Program-made: the position numbers and the translations under genes
The notes under the pieces: model-generated
Seen by the model: the letters and a program-made list of their open reading frames with translations, nothing else
What the model was told of the DNA's origin: nothing
Databases searched by the model: none
In this document: positions 46,877 through 56,634 of the stretch, piece after piece
Position numbering within the stretch: the stretch's first letter is position 1
Layout: every line of letters begins with the position of its first letter
Assembly (NCBI GenBank): GCA_964584755.1
Contig: CAZPAV010000004.1
Span: 7,386 to 71,385, forward strand
Length of the DNA stretch: 64,000 bases
Direction of reading: 5' to 3'
Source of the DNA: an uncultured Acidimicrobiaceae bacterium
Lineage (GTDB): Bacteria > Actinomycetota > Acidimicrobiia > Spongiisociales > UBA5794

Positions 46877-48628
46877 CTACGCCTCGATCCACGTGTCGTT
46901 GTAGTACGGGTACAGGTTCCACACGAACGGCTGCCAGCCGTGCACCTTGTTGTGGTGCACGAAGGTGGCGTTCTGGTTCATGATCGGCAGGTAGGGGAGC
47001 TGCTCGGCCCAGGCGAGCTGGAACTCCGATGCCGCCGCCCGCGCCTCGGCCTCCGTGGCGGAGGTCTGCCACTTCTCGATGGCGCCGTCGATGCGCGGTT
47101 CGACGGCGTGGGAGAAGTTGGGCACGGGAATGAACTGCGACCCGCCGAAGAGCGTGAGCACGTCGATCGGGATCGGCCAGAGCCAGAAGAACAGCGACAT
47201 GGGCGAGGCGTCACGTCCCTTGCCGCTCTGGCGCTCGAAGGCCACCGCCCGGTCGACGACGTTGAGGTTCGCCTTCACCCCGACGACCGCGAACTGCTGC
47301 GCCACCGCCTCGGCGACCGCCTTCTGGATCGACTCGTCCTCGACGACGTACTCGAACTCGAACTTGACCCCGTTGCGCTCGCGAATCCCGTCGGCGCCCT
47401 TCACCCAGCCGGCCTGGTCGAGCTTCTCGTTGGCCAGGTCGACGTCGAACTGGTTGAACTGCTCCACCTTCGGCTCGTAGAACCGGTCCGTGGTGGGGAA
47501 CGGGCCGAACGTCGGTGCGCCGTTCCCGAACAGGATGGCCTTGACCATGCCCGTCCGGTCGAGGGCGTGGGACAGCCCCTGGCGGGTGAGCAGATCGCCG
47601 AAGAACTCGTCGTAGTCCCGGTTCATGGCGAGGTGGTATCCGGACCACTCGGGGAACCGGATGACCGTCAGATCGGGGTTCGCCTCCAGACGACCGATGT
47701 CCTGGTGGGCCGGGTTGATGAGCGTGTCGATGTCGCCGTTCTCGAGCTGTGTCGCCCGCTGGCCCGCCTCGGTGATGACCACCCAGCGGATCGCGTCGAG
47801 GTGGGCCGGGCCCTTGTTCTCGAAGAACGGCGTGTTCGATCCGGGGTACTCGTCCCAGCGTTTGACCAGGCTGTGGCTCCCCGGCACCCACTCCTCGTGG
47901 GTGAACGGTCCGGTCCCGTCGGCGAACTCCGTGCCGTACGTCGACTCGGGGTCGGTGCCCCCGGCCTCCTTCCACGTGTTGATGTTGATGATCCGCCAGT
48001 ACCCGGTCTTGTGGGGCCCGAGCGCACCCACCCACGGGTTCTTCATCTTCATGACGACGTCGTTGCCCTCGGCGACGTACGTGTCGACGGGGGCGGCGAG
48101 GCCGGCGATGAAGCTCTCCGCCTGGATGGTCCGGTAGAACTCGGCCACCATCGCCGCGTCGATCGTCGCCCCGGAGTGCGAGCGCTTCCCTTCCGGGATC
48201 GTGAACCGATACTCCATGCCGTCGTCGGACACCGAGAATCCCGAGGCGAACTGCGGCACGTCCTTGCCGTCGGGATCGTTCGTCAGGATCGCCTCGTAGA
48301 TGGCGAAGAACGCCGGGTCGTACCAGTTCGTCGTGATGGGATCGTGCTTCGAGATGTCCCGGTTGTACCCCTCCCGCAGGGTTCCGCCCTTCACCGGGCC
48401 GGCCGGGGCGGCCGTCGTCCCGGCGGTCGTTCCGGGGGCGGCCGTGGTGGCCTGCCCGCCCTCCTCGCCGGTGCTGCAGGCGGCGAGGATCGAGGCGGCC
48501 GCGGTCAGACCCACGGCCGCCAGGCCCGCACGGTGCAGGAACGTGCGCCGGTCAATCAACTTGGCCTTGTACGCTTCGGTGAGCTCGGTCACTTCCGGAC
48601 CGAACTCCTCCATCCATGAACTGCCCAT
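46877..48628 (-). CDS. ABC transporter substrate-binding lipoprotein, family 5 (peptide/nickel), Tat signal
   Basis: Twin-arginine DRRTFLHRAGLAAVGLTAAASILAAC with lipobox Cys; SBP_bac_5 size (583 aa); AGGAGG SD 8 nt upstream of ATG; 3' part of shadow ORF 46877..49861. Confidence 0.85.
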   Translation of the reverse strand: MGSSWMEEFGPEVTELTEAYKAKLIDRRTFLHRAGLAAVGLTAAASILAACSTGEEGGQATTAAPGTTAGTTAAPAGPVKGGTLREGYNRDISKHDPITTNWYDPAFFAIYEAILTNDPDGKDVPQFASGFSVSDDGMEYRFTIPEGKRSHSGATIDAAMVAEFYRTIQAESFIAGLAAPVDTYVAEGNDVVMKMKNPWVGALGPHKTGYWRIININTWKEAGGTDPESTYGTEFADGTGPFTHEEWVPGSHSLVKRWDEYPGSNTPFFENKGPAHLDAIRWVVITEAGQRATQLENGDIDTLINPAHQDIGRLEANPDLTVIRFPEWSGYHLAMNRDYDEFFGDLLTRQGLSHALDRTGMVKAILFGNGAPTFGPFPTTDRFYEPKVEQFNQFDVDLANEKLDQAGWVKGADGIRERNGVKFEFEYVVEDESIQKAVAEAVAQQFAVVGVKANLNVVDRAVAFERQSGKGRDASPMSLFFWLWPIPIDVLTLFGGSQFIPVPNFSHAVEPRIDGAIEKWQTSATEAEARAAASEFQLAWAEQLPYLPIMNQNATFVHHNKVHGWQPFVWNLYPYYNDTWIEA

Positions 48629-48709
48629 GCGGGGACCTCCTCTGCCCTCCTCGTCCGCGTCGACCGTCCTGGGACCCTCCCGATCCGCTGGTCCGACCGC
48701 GCTAGAAAG

Positions 48710-48722
48710 GATAATATACGAT
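48710..48722. promoter_or_regulatory. AT-rich motif GATAATATACGAT (minus-strand reading ATCGTATATTATC) between SBP gene and epimerase gene
   Basis: Same motif family; ~88 nt upstream of SBP ATG on minus strand. Confidence 0.35.
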
Positions 48723-48772
48723 TTTGCCGGAGTCCGCGGGAGAAACTCTCCGGCTCCCGAGAGGAGGCTGCC

Positions 48773-49759
48773 GTGGCCACCGAGATGGAACGATTCCTCG
48801 TGACCGGAGCGGGGGGGTGCATCGGCGCCTGGACGGTGAGACTCCTCGCCCGGGAGGGCACCGCCGTGACCGCCTTCGACGTCAGCGAGGACCGGCACCG
48901 CCTCCGGCTGGTCCTCGACGAGGAGCGGTGGGGCGACGTCTCCTTCCGCACGGGCGACGTCCGGGACCTCTCGTCGCTCCTCGAGGTGGTGAGCGAGGAG
49001 GGCATCACCCACATCGTGCACCTCGCCGCCCTCCAGGTGCCGTTCTGCAAGGCGGATCCTCCCCTCGGTGCCCAGGTCAACGTGGTGGGGACGGTGAACG
49101 TCCTCGAGGCCAGGCGTCGCCGCGCCGGTCAGGTACGCGGTCTCAGCTACGCCAGCTCGGTCGCGGTGTTCGGCCCCGCCGCCGCGTACCCCGCCGGAAC
49201 CGTGCAGGACGACTCCGCTCTGGCGCCGGCGACGCTGTACGGCGCCTACAAGCAGGCGAACGAGTCGACGGCGCGGATCTACGCCGCCGACTGGGGTGTC
49301 GGCTCGGTGGGCCTCCGCCCCTCCGTCGTGTACGGACCGGGCCGGGACCAGGGCCTCACCTCGGACCCCACCACGGCCATGCTCGCCGCCGCGGCCGGCG
49401 GCGGCTTCCACGTCGCCTTCGGCGGCGTCGCCGGCTTCCAGCACGCCGAGGACGTGGCGAGGTGCTTCATCGCCGCGGCCCGGGTGGAGACCACGGCCGC
49501 CCTCGTGCACAACATCGGGTGCCGGTCGGCCCCGGTGGCGCGGGTGGTCGAGCTCATCGAGGAGGCCGCCCCCGCCGCGCGCGGGCGGATCACGATCGAC
49601 GAGACTCCGCTTCCCCTCCCCCGCGACCTGGACGGCTCGCCCCTGGAGCGGCTGATCGGCGTGGCGGCGCGGCAGCGTCCCCTGGAGGAGGGCGTGGCGG
49701 AGACGGTGGCCGAGTTCCGTCGTCTCCTCGCCGCCGGCCTCGTCGCGCCGCCCGGGTGA
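48773..49759 (+). CDS. NAD-dependent epimerase/dehydratase family protein
   Basis: Rossmann TGAGGCIG, YxxxK (YGAYKQANE); GTG start with GAGGAGG SD. Confidence 0.8.
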   Translation: MATEMERFLVTGAGGCIGAWTVRLLAREGTAVTAFDVSEDRHRLRLVLDEERWGDVSFRTGDVRDLSSLLEVVSEEGITHIVHLAALQVPFCKADPPLGAQVNVVGTVNVLEARRRRAGQVRGLSYASSVAVFGPAAAYPAGTVQDDSALAPATLYGAYKQANESTARIYAADWGVGSVGLRPSVVYGPGRDQGLTSDPTTAMLAAAAGGGFHVAFGGVAGFQHAEDVARCFIAAARVETTAALVHNIGCRSAPVARVVELIEEAAPAARGRITIDETPLPLPRDLDGSPLERLIGVAARQRPLEEGVAETVAEFRRLLAAGLVAPPG

Positions 49760-49784
49760 GCCCCGGCGCGGTCGGCGCTGCCGG

Positions 49785-50594
49785 TCAGGAGGGGATGGCC
49801 GACCGTGCCGAGGGGTACGCGGAGCGGAGGGCGACCGCCGCCGCCGGCGACCACGCCGCACCGAGGGGGAGGGTGAGCTCGACCCGCGGCGGGTCTTCGC
49901 ACGGATGGCCGCGACTCACCGAGAGCGTGGTGCGCCCGGCCCGCCGCCGAAGCACGTAGCTGTACACGGTCTGGTAGATCGTGTGGTTGCAGATCCCCGT
50001 CCCGCCGTCGTCGTGCGCCCGCAGCAGGGCCCAGACGTCGGCGATCGACCTCGCCCGAGCGACTCGCCGCCGGGCGGCGGCCAGGCGCCTCTCGGTCGTC
50101 GTGGTGTCGTCGTCGCCCGGGTCCGGCCCGAGGACGACGTGGTGGTTGGTGCGAGCGGTCGGTCCGGCGAGAGGCACCACCTCCGCGTGGGTCCCGCGTA
50201 CCTCGATCGCCGCCGAGTGGCGCGCATCGATGAGGAGGAGGTTCCCCCACAGACGGGGCGTTCCCGCCACCGCCGCCTGCACCGCCTCGATCGCCGAGGG
50301 CACGTCGTCGCCGTGCCGGAGCGCGATCTCGACCAGGTCGTCGTAGCCGGCATGGTCCGGCAGGGTGCGGACGTTGGAGTCGCCGGCGAGGAGTCCCGCG
50401 GAGTTGGCCCCGATCGAGAAGCCCGAGAACCGGTCCTCGTCGGGGTCGCTCTCGGCCCACGTGGTGATGCCCTCCACGCCGAAGACGTCAGGCTCGACGA
50501 CGATCCGGTCGTCGAAGTGGGTGCGCCCGAAGTCCTTGTTCTTGAAGAGGACGTAGTCGTCGACTCCGAGTCGCACCACGCCGGTCGTGCACAT
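49785..50594 (-). CDS. Ntn-hydrolase with N-terminal Cys nucleophile (choloylglycine hydrolase/C45 acyltransferase-like)
   Basis: Protein begins MCTTGVV...; FKNKDFGR and downstream pattern resemble linear-amide CN hydrolases; 269 aa. Confidence 0.5.
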   Translation of the reverse strand: MCTTGVVRLGVDDYVLFKNKDFGRTHFDDRIVVEPDVFGVEGITTWAESDPDEDRFSGFSIGANSAGLLAGDSNVRTLPDHAGYDDLVEIALRHGDDVPSAIEAVQAAVAGTPRLWGNLLLIDARHSAAIEVRGTHAEVVPLAGPTARTNHHVVLGPDPGDDDTTTTERRLAAARRRVARARSIADVWALLRAHDDGGTGICNHTIYQTVYSYVLRRRAGRTTLSVSRGHPCEDPPRVELTLPLGAAWSPAAAVALRSAYPSARSAIPS

Positions 50595-50670
50595 GCCCGC
50601 TCCTCCACGCCACCTCCCCGAAGTGTACGCCTTCGGGCCTCGGCGTCCCGGGTCGGTAGAGTCGACGGGG

Positions 50671-51840
50671 ATGACCGTTGCATCCGCCGGCGCCGTGGAC
50701 CGGGCCCGTGTCGCGGCGCGGCTCGTCCGCTACGTGGCCATCCCGTCGGTCAACCCGGCGATCGACGGAGGCCCCGGGGAGGCCGCGCTGGCCGACGCCG
50801 TCTGCGCCGACCTCGCGGAGGTGGGCCTCGATCCCGTTCGCGAGCCGGTGGCCGACGGCGGGAGGGACAACGTCGTCGCTCGTCTGCCGGGAGCCCCCGA
50901 CGCGCCGCTGGTCATGTTCCATGCCCACATGGACACCGTCGGGATCTCCGGGAGCGCCACCACCGAGGCGGTCGAGCGCGACGGCCGGGTCTACGGACGG
51001 GGCGCCTGCGACACGAAAGGGTCGCTCGTGGCCGCGCTCGAGGCGGTGACCGCGCTCCGGTCGGTGCCGGCGGAGCGGCGCGCCTCGGTGCTCCTCGTCG
51101 CCGGCGTCGACGAGGAGGTCGGGGCCACCGGCGCCGAGGCGATCGTCCGCTCCCATCCGGAGATCGACATGGCGGTCGTGGGCGAGCCGACCGGGTTGGA
51201 GACGGTGACGGCGCACAAGGGCGTGCTGCGCTTCGAGATCCGTACGACCGGCGTCTCGGCGCACTCCTCGAAGCCACACCTGGGGGTGAACGCCATCCAC
51301 CGCATGGCGCGGGTGATCGAGGCGCTGGAGACGAGGTACCTGCCGGACCTGGATCGCCGGCGGCATCCCCTCGTGGGATCGCCGACGCTCAACGTCTCGA
51401 CGATCCGCGGCGGCAGCGGCCTCAACGTGGTCCCCGCGGCGTGTGTCATCGCCCTCGACCGCCGGCTCGTTCCCGGCGAGGACCCCGAGGAGGTCCTCGC
51501 CGGATTCGACGCACTCCTCGAGGAGGTCCGGGCGGAGGGCGTCGTCGTCGAACGGAGCGAGCCGATGCTGCTGACGTCCCCGCTGGACACCCCTCCCGAG
51601 CATCCCCTCGTCCGGGCCCTCGGCCGGGCGCGCCGGGCCGTGGCCGGGCGGCCCGGGCAGCCGGTGGGGGTCACCTTCGGGACCGACGCGTCGATCCTCG
51701 CCCCCGCCGGCATCCCCTGTGTGGTCTTCGGGCCGGGCAGCATCGACCAGGCCCACTCCGACGAGGAGTGGGTGTCGGTCGAGGAGACCGCTCAGGCGGC
51801 GGAGATCCTCACGCGCCTGGCGCTGGAGCTCGCCGGCTGA
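50671..51840 (+). CDS. M20 family metallopeptidase (ArgE/DapE/ACY1-like deacylase)
   Basis: HMDTV, GACDTKG, EE and H metal ligands (GVDEEVG, GEPT), C-terminal H (GIPCVVFGPG); internal ATG of ORF 50587..51840. Confidence 0.8.
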   Translation: MTVASAGAVDRARVAARLVRYVAIPSVNPAIDGGPGEAALADAVCADLAEVGLDPVREPVADGGRDNVVARLPGAPDAPLVMFHAHMDTVGISGSATTEAVERDGRVYGRGACDTKGSLVAALEAVTALRSVPAERRASVLLVAGVDEEVGATGAEAIVRSHPEIDMAVVGEPTGLETVTAHKGVLRFEIRTTGVSAHSSKPHLGVNAIHRMARVIEALETRYLPDLDRRRHPLVGSPTLNVSTIRGGSGLNVVPAACVIALDRRLVPGEDPEEVLAGFDALLEEVRAEGVVVERSEPMLLTSPLDTPPEHPLVRALGRARRAVAGRPGQPVGVTFGTDASILAPAGIPCVVFGPGSIDQAHSDEEWVSVEETAQAAEILTRLALELAG

Positions 51841-51871
51841 CGACGCCCGGTCGGCGTCGGCCTGGCCCGTC

Positions 51872-52660
51872 TCACGACTCCGGCACGTCGTACGTCTGGG
51901 CGGTGAGGGCCCCGTCGACGACGAGGTTGATGCCGCTGACGTACGAGGCGGCGTCCGAGGCCAGGTAGAGGAACGCCTCGGCGATGTCGAGATCGGAGGC
52001 CAGCCGGTTCATGGGGACCACCGGGAATCCCTCCCGACGCCACTTCTCCATGAGCTCCTCACCGACGAGATCCACCGACTGCTGCGTGTCCGCCGGTCCG
52101 GGGCTCACGCAGTTGCACCGGATGTTGTAGGGGGCGCACTCGACGGCGATGGCCTTCGCCAGCGCCACGAGTCCGGCCTTGGCCACGCAGTAGGCGGTGA
52201 AGCCCCGTCCATGACCCAGGGAGCTGATGGAGGACGTGAAGAGGATGACCCCGCCCCCGGTGTCCTTCATGGCCCGGGCGGCACGGTTGGCGAGGACGTA
52301 GTAGGCGTCGAGGTCGACCGCCAGCACCCGGCGCCACGACTCGTCCTTGTGCTCGAGGAACGGCTCGTCGACCCACGCCGCCGCGTTCGAGACGAGCACG
52401 TCGAGCCGGGGATCGACCGCCAGGGCCTCGGCGACGGCCCGGTCGCAGTTCTCCATGACGGAGAGGTCCGCGTTGATGACGACCGGGCGCGCCCCTCGCT
52501 CCGCGATGGTCGGAGCGACGGCGTCGAGACGGTCCTGGTCGTAGTCGACGAGGTGGACGATGCCGGCGCCCTCCTCGGCGAAACGCTGCGCCGTCCTCCT
52601 CCCCAGACCACTGCCGGCACCGGTGACGAGGACGTGCCGGCCTTCGAAGCGGCGGCTCAC
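51872..52660 (-). CDS. Short-chain dehydrogenase/reductase (SDR)
   Basis: TGAGSGLG, NAA, S...YxxxK (YCVAKAGL); GTG start overlapping upstream gene stop (GTGA). Confidence 0.8.
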   Translation of the reverse strand: MSRRFEGRHVLVTGAGSGLGRRTAQRFAEEGAGIVHLVDYDQDRLDAVAPTIAERGARPVVINADLSVMENCDRAVAEALAVDPRLDVLVSNAAAWVDEPFLEHKDESWRRVLAVDLDAYYVLANRAARAMKDTGGGVILFTSSISSLGHGRGFTAYCVAKAGLVALAKAIAVECAPYNIRCNCVSPGPADTQQSVDLVGEELMEKWRREGFPVVPMNRLASDLDIAEAFLYLASDAASYVSGINLVVDGALTAQTYDVPES

Positions 52661-53022
52661 GGTCGCTCCTGCCAGCGGTCGGCGAGGCCCGGGCCCCGCT
52701 GGGGAGGCGGGATGATGATGTGCTCCTTCACCAGCCAGAACGTTCCCGTGGTCTTGGCGTACCGGGGGACGTCCTCCCACGCCGCGGCCACCTCGGGGGA
52801 GCGGCCGGCGGCCTCGAAGGCCGCCTCGTCGTCGAACCACTGCTCCACGAACGCCTCGGTCTCCAGCTCGCCCTGGAGCTTCCGGACGACCTCCGAGACG
52901 ACGTACCCCCTGAGACCGGGAGCCCGGGCCGAGATGGGGCCGTGGACCTCCAGCCAGTAGCGGAAGAACTCCTCGGTGGTGAAGTCGTCGCGCTTGTACG
53001 CGGTGCCGATCGCCTTGATCAT
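52657..53022 (-). CDS. EthD-family dimeric alpha/beta-barrel protein
   Basis: FFRYWLEVHGPISARAPGLRGYVVS matches EthD signature (YxxxHxPL...PGLRRY); 121 aa. Confidence 0.6.
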   Translation of the reverse strand: MIKAIGTAYKRDDFTTEEFFRYWLEVHGPISARAPGLRGYVVSEVVRKLQGELETEAFVEQWFDDEAAFEAAGRSPEVAAAWEDVPRYAKTTGTFWLVKEHIIIPPPQRGPGLADRWQERP

Positions 53023-53046
53023 GGACTGCCTCCTCCGTCGCCGCTC

Positions 53047-53069
53047 GCGCGATGATATATCACGCGCGC
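53047..53069. promoter_or_regulatory. Near-perfect 22-bp palindrome CGCGCGA-TGATATATCA-CGCGCG between EthD-like gene and CocE/NonD gene
   Basis: Core TGATATATCA is an exact palindrome; ~86 nt upstream of ATG 53144. Confidence 0.4.
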
Positions 53070-53143
53070 GAGCGCGGCGGGTGTGGTGGGATAGGCTCGA
53101 TCGTCACGGACGGCCGCGGGGCCGCGGGAGATCAGGTGCCGGC

Positions 53144-54718
53144 ATGGGCTCGCTGAGCGTGGACACGGGCGTCGTCGTCCCCGGCGGGGACGGGACCCCG
53201 CTGGTCGCCGACATCCTGCGCCCGTCGGGCCCCGGGCGATTCCCGGCCGTGGTCATGCGGACCGCCTACGACCGGACGACGTACGCCTCGGTGAGCCTCC
53301 AGGTCCACGCCCTCCGCCTCGCCGCCGCCGGGTACGCCGTCGTCCTCCAGGACGTGCGCGGCCGAGGAGCCTCGGGCGGGACCTTCGCGCCCTTCGTGAA
53401 CGAGCAGCAGGACGGCGTCGCCCTGGTGCACTGGGTCGCCGAGCAGCCCTGGTGCGACGGGAAGGTGGGCATGGCGGGCGTCAGCTACAACGCGTTCTGC
53501 CAACTCGCCACCGCGGTGTCCGCGCCCGAGCCGCTGGCGGCCTGGGTGCCGGGCCTGAGCCCTCTCGACGTGCGGACGAGCTGGATCCGGGAAGGCGGGG
53601 CCTTCAACTTCGGCTTCCATCTCGCCTGGGGACTCGGCGCCGTGCTCCCCGGGGACCCGTGGTCCGCCACGCTGCCGGCGCGGCGCGCCTTCGCCCGGCC
53701 CCTGGAGACGGCGCGGCGGGGCATCGAGGGGCAGCGGGAGCTGGCGGCCTCGCCCGCCGGGCGGTGGTTCGCCCGGTGGGCCGCGGCCGAGGATCCGTAC
53801 CCGGGCGACCCGCGGGTTCCGGCGACGTCGGACGTGGCACGGGTGCGGGCGCCGGCGCTCGTCGTGGCGGGGTGGTTCGACCTGTTCGGTCCGGCCAGCC
53901 TGGCGCTCCACGACGCGCTCGCGAAGCGCACCGGGGCTCGGCACGGCCTGGTGGCGGGACCCTGGGATCACACCGGGCTCCCCCTGGGGCGGCGGTCGGG
54001 GGCGGTCGATTTCGGACCGGAGGCCGCCATGGACCTCCACCAGGTGCAGCAGGAGTGGTTCGACGCGTACCTGCGCGGCGCCGAGGAACCGGCGGCGACG
54101 ACGAGGATCTTCGTCACCGGCCGCCGCGTGTGGGAGACGCTTCCCTCCTGGCCACCCGAGACCCGCCGCAGCGAGTGGTATCCGACGGGAACGGGGGGTC
54201 TCGATCGGGAGCCGCCCGGCGCCGCGACCGTCGCCGTTGAGCTGGATGCCGAGGATCCGACCCCGGCGCACGGAGGGAGGGTGTACCCGTGGGAGCCGGC
54301 GCTCCGGCCCGGACCTTGGGGCCGGGCCCGGCTGCGTGCCCGGCGCGACGTCGCCTCGTTCGACTCGGCGCCGCTGGCGAGACCGATGACGGTGATGGGG
54401 GAGGCGCGGGTGGAGGTCACCGTCGCCACCGAGGGGGAGGGGACGGACGTGGTGGCCGTGCTCGTGGACGTGGCGCCCGACGGCACGGCGGTGAACGTCG
54501 CCGACGGCGTCGCCCGGGTGGCGATGCCGTCCGACGGCGTGGCGGTGGCGCACGTCGAGATGGGGTGCGTGGCCCACGAGTTCCTGGCCGGGCACCGCCT
54601 CGGGCTCGACCTGGCCCCCGCCGCCTTCCCTCGCCTCGACCTGCGCCACGGTGGTGGTCGGCGTCGGTGGTGGCTCGGCGCAGGAGCCACGAGGCTCCTC
54701 CTCGAGGAGCCGGTCTGA
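53144..54718 (+). CDS. CocE/NonD family hydrolase (S15 X-Pro dipeptidyl-peptidase-like alpha/beta hydrolase + beta-sandwich)
   Basis: VVMRTAYDRT...VLQDVRGRGASGG, GVSYNAF nucleophile region, C-terminal jelly-roll; internal ATG of ORF 52976..54718. Confidence 0.75.
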   Translation: MGSLSVDTGVVVPGGDGTPLVADILRPSGPGRFPAVVMRTAYDRTTYASVSLQVHALRLAAAGYAVVLQDVRGRGASGGTFAPFVNEQQDGVALVHWVAEQPWCDGKVGMAGVSYNAFCQLATAVSAPEPLAAWVPGLSPLDVRTSWIREGGAFNFGFHLAWGLGAVLPGDPWSATLPARRAFARPLETARRGIEGQRELAASPAGRWFARWAAAEDPYPGDPRVPATSDVARVRAPALVVAGWFDLFGPASLALHDALAKRTGARHGLVAGPWDHTGLPLGRRSGAVDFGPEAAMDLHQVQQEWFDAYLRGAEEPAATTRIFVTGRRVWETLPSWPPETRRSEWYPTGTGGLDREPPGAATVAVELDAEDPTPAHGGRVYPWEPALRPGPWGRARLRARRDVASFDSAPLARPMTVMGEARVEVTVATEGEGTDVVAVLVDVAPDGTAVNVADGVARVAMPSDGVAVAHVEMGCVAHEFLAGHRLGLDLAPAAFPRLDLRHGGGRRRWWLGAGATRLLLEEPV

Positions 54719-54778
54719 GGCGCCGGCGGTGGGGTGATCCCGTCCCACGGGCCGGCCGGGCCTCGGCCCCGGCGCGAC

Positions 54779-56509
54779 TCAGCGCCGGATGACGGGCAGG
54801 CGGATCCGGGTCGGGTGGGACGCGTCGTGCAGCACCGTCTGGGTGGCGGGACGTGCGACCTCGGGCCCCTCGTGGAAGAGCGGACCGCCCGTGTTGAGGT
54901 TCCGGTCCCACTGGGGGAAGTCGGAGCTGGAGACGTCGAGGCGCAGCCGCGAGCCCGCCGGCACGCGGGCGCCCACCGGCCCGAGCTCGATCGTGAGCTC
55001 GACGACCTCGCCCGGGGGGAGCGGCATGGGTTCGGTCGCCGAGCTCCGGTACCGGGTGCGCAGGATCCCCTCCTGGAGATTCACGCTGACCCCCGTGTTC
55101 GCGACGACGCAGAGACGGGCGGTGAAGTCGGTGTCCGTCGCCGTCGAGGCGGCGTACAGCGTGACCGAGACGTCGCCGAGGATCTCGACGTCCGCGGTGA
55201 GGGGCTCGGAGGTGTAGACGAGCATCATCCGGGAGCACTCTGCGGCGTGCTGGTCGGCGGGACCCATGGGGGTGATGGCGTCGAAGCAGCAGGAGTGTCC
55301 ACCCATCGAGATGATCGGCACGCCGGGGTCGTAGACGAAGATGTCGGGAGGCTCGGATCCCGGCGGCGTGCGGTCCAGGGTCCCGTCCCCGAACTTGGAG
55401 TTGGCCCGCCCGCCGGAGTGCGCGTACCAGTCCTCGGGAACCGCCTCCGGTGGGGGCCAGTCGTCCAGGTGCACCGTGTCCCCGTCGAGGACGTACGCGG
55501 TGACGGCGTGGTCGAACACGCCGCGCTCGCTGCCCTTGAGCACCTCGTCGAAGAACCGGAGGTGCCAGTCGTCGATCTCGTTCGTGGAGGGCCCGCCGGC
55601 CGTGAGCCTCCCCAGGGGCGTCCACGGCATGTGCGCCCACGGGCCGACGACGAGCTTCTGCCTCCGGCGGGCGTCGGCGCTCCCGGCCCGGCCGCGCAGG
55701 CCGAGGAAGTTCCGGACCGTCCCCGAGAGGAACACGTCGTACCACCCCCCGACGTGCAGGGCCGGCACGTCGATCCGGTCGTACCGCTCGTCGATGCTCC
55801 AGCGTGACCAGTACTCGTCGTAGGTGGGATGCGTCAGCCATTCGAAGAAGTACGGGGCGTGTCCGGACCGCAGCGGCGGGTACTCGGCGAGCGGAAGCGT
55901 CCAGAACCAGTCGGGGGCGCTCCCCAACGCGGCGAGGAGCGCGCCCATGGCGGGAACGTCGTCGTGGCGCCGGGCGGTGTCGACGGCGAGGAGGGTCGCC
56001 CAGTAGGCGGTGAAGGCGAGGGCGAGGGCCCCGCCGTCGTAGGTCCACCCGTCGTGGTAGCGGGAGGCGGTGAACGCCGGGGCGATCGCGGCGAGCGCCG
56101 GAGGTCGCATGACCGCGGCGAGGAGTTGGGTCGCACCCAGGTACGAGAAACCCATCATCGCCACCCGACCGTCGCTTCCGGGGAGGGTGGCCGCCCACTC
56201 CACGGTGTCGTACCCGTCCTCCATCTCGTGGAGGAAGGGGGAGAACTCCCCTTCGGAGGCGAAACGTCCCCTCGTGTCCTGGACGACGACGACGTACCCG
56301 CGGGCGGCGAACCATGCCGGGTGGGCGTTGCCGAAGGTCGGTGCCCCCGCCCGCTTGTCGTAGGGGGTGCGGGTGAGGAGCACGGGCTGCGGGGAGTCGC
56401 CGGGGGGACGGTACACGTCGGCTCGCAGGACCGTACCGTCGCGCATGACCGCCGTGACGTCTCGTTCCACCGTCACCCCACCCATGGCCGGCACCCGATC
56501 GCGTGGCAT
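54779..56509 (-). CDS. CocE/NonD family hydrolase (second copy, ~30% identical to 53144..54718 product)
   Basis: LLTRTPYDKR...VVQDTRGRFASEG, GFSYLG nucleophile elbow; internal ATG of ORF 54779..56596. Confidence 0.75.
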   Translation of the reverse strand: MPRDRVPAMGGVTVERDVTAVMRDGTVLRADVYRPPGDSPQPVLLTRTPYDKRAGAPTFGNAHPAWFAARGYVVVVQDTRGRFASEGEFSPFLHEMEDGYDTVEWAATLPGSDGRVAMMGFSYLGATQLLAAVMRPPALAAIAPAFTASRYHDGWTYDGGALALAFTAYWATLLAVDTARRHDDVPAMGALLAALGSAPDWFWTLPLAEYPPLRSGHAPYFFEWLTHPTYDEYWSRWSIDERYDRIDVPALHVGGWYDVFLSGTVRNFLGLRGRAGSADARRRQKLVVGPWAHMPWTPLGRLTAGGPSTNEIDDWHLRFFDEVLKGSERGVFDHAVTAYVLDGDTVHLDDWPPPEAVPEDWYAHSGGRANSKFGDGTLDRTPPGSEPPDIFVYDPGVPIISMGGHSCCFDAITPMGPADQHAAECSRMMLVYTSEPLTADVEILGDVSVTLYAASTATDTDFTARLCVVANTGVSVNLQEGILRTRYRSSATEPMPLPPGEVVELTIELGPVGARVPAGSRLRLDVSSSDFPQWDRNLNTGGPLFHEGPEVARPATQTVLHDASHPTRIRLPVIRR

Positions 56510-56556
56510 GGCTCGCTCCCTTCTCCACGGTCCTCGTCGCAGGACAGCCCGCAGGG

Positions 56557-56573
56557 AATATGATATATTATTT
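56557..56573. promoter_or_regulatory. AT-only motif AATATGATATATTATTT between divergent CocE/NonD and PNPOx-like genes
   Basis: Same motif family; 17 consecutive A/T in a ~70% GC background; ~69 nt upstream of ATG 56635. Confidence 0.4.
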
Positions 56574-56634
56574 GGAGGGTGGCCGCCCGAAGGCAACGGG
56601 TGAGGCGGTCGCCCGGCGGCAGGAGGGCGACGCC

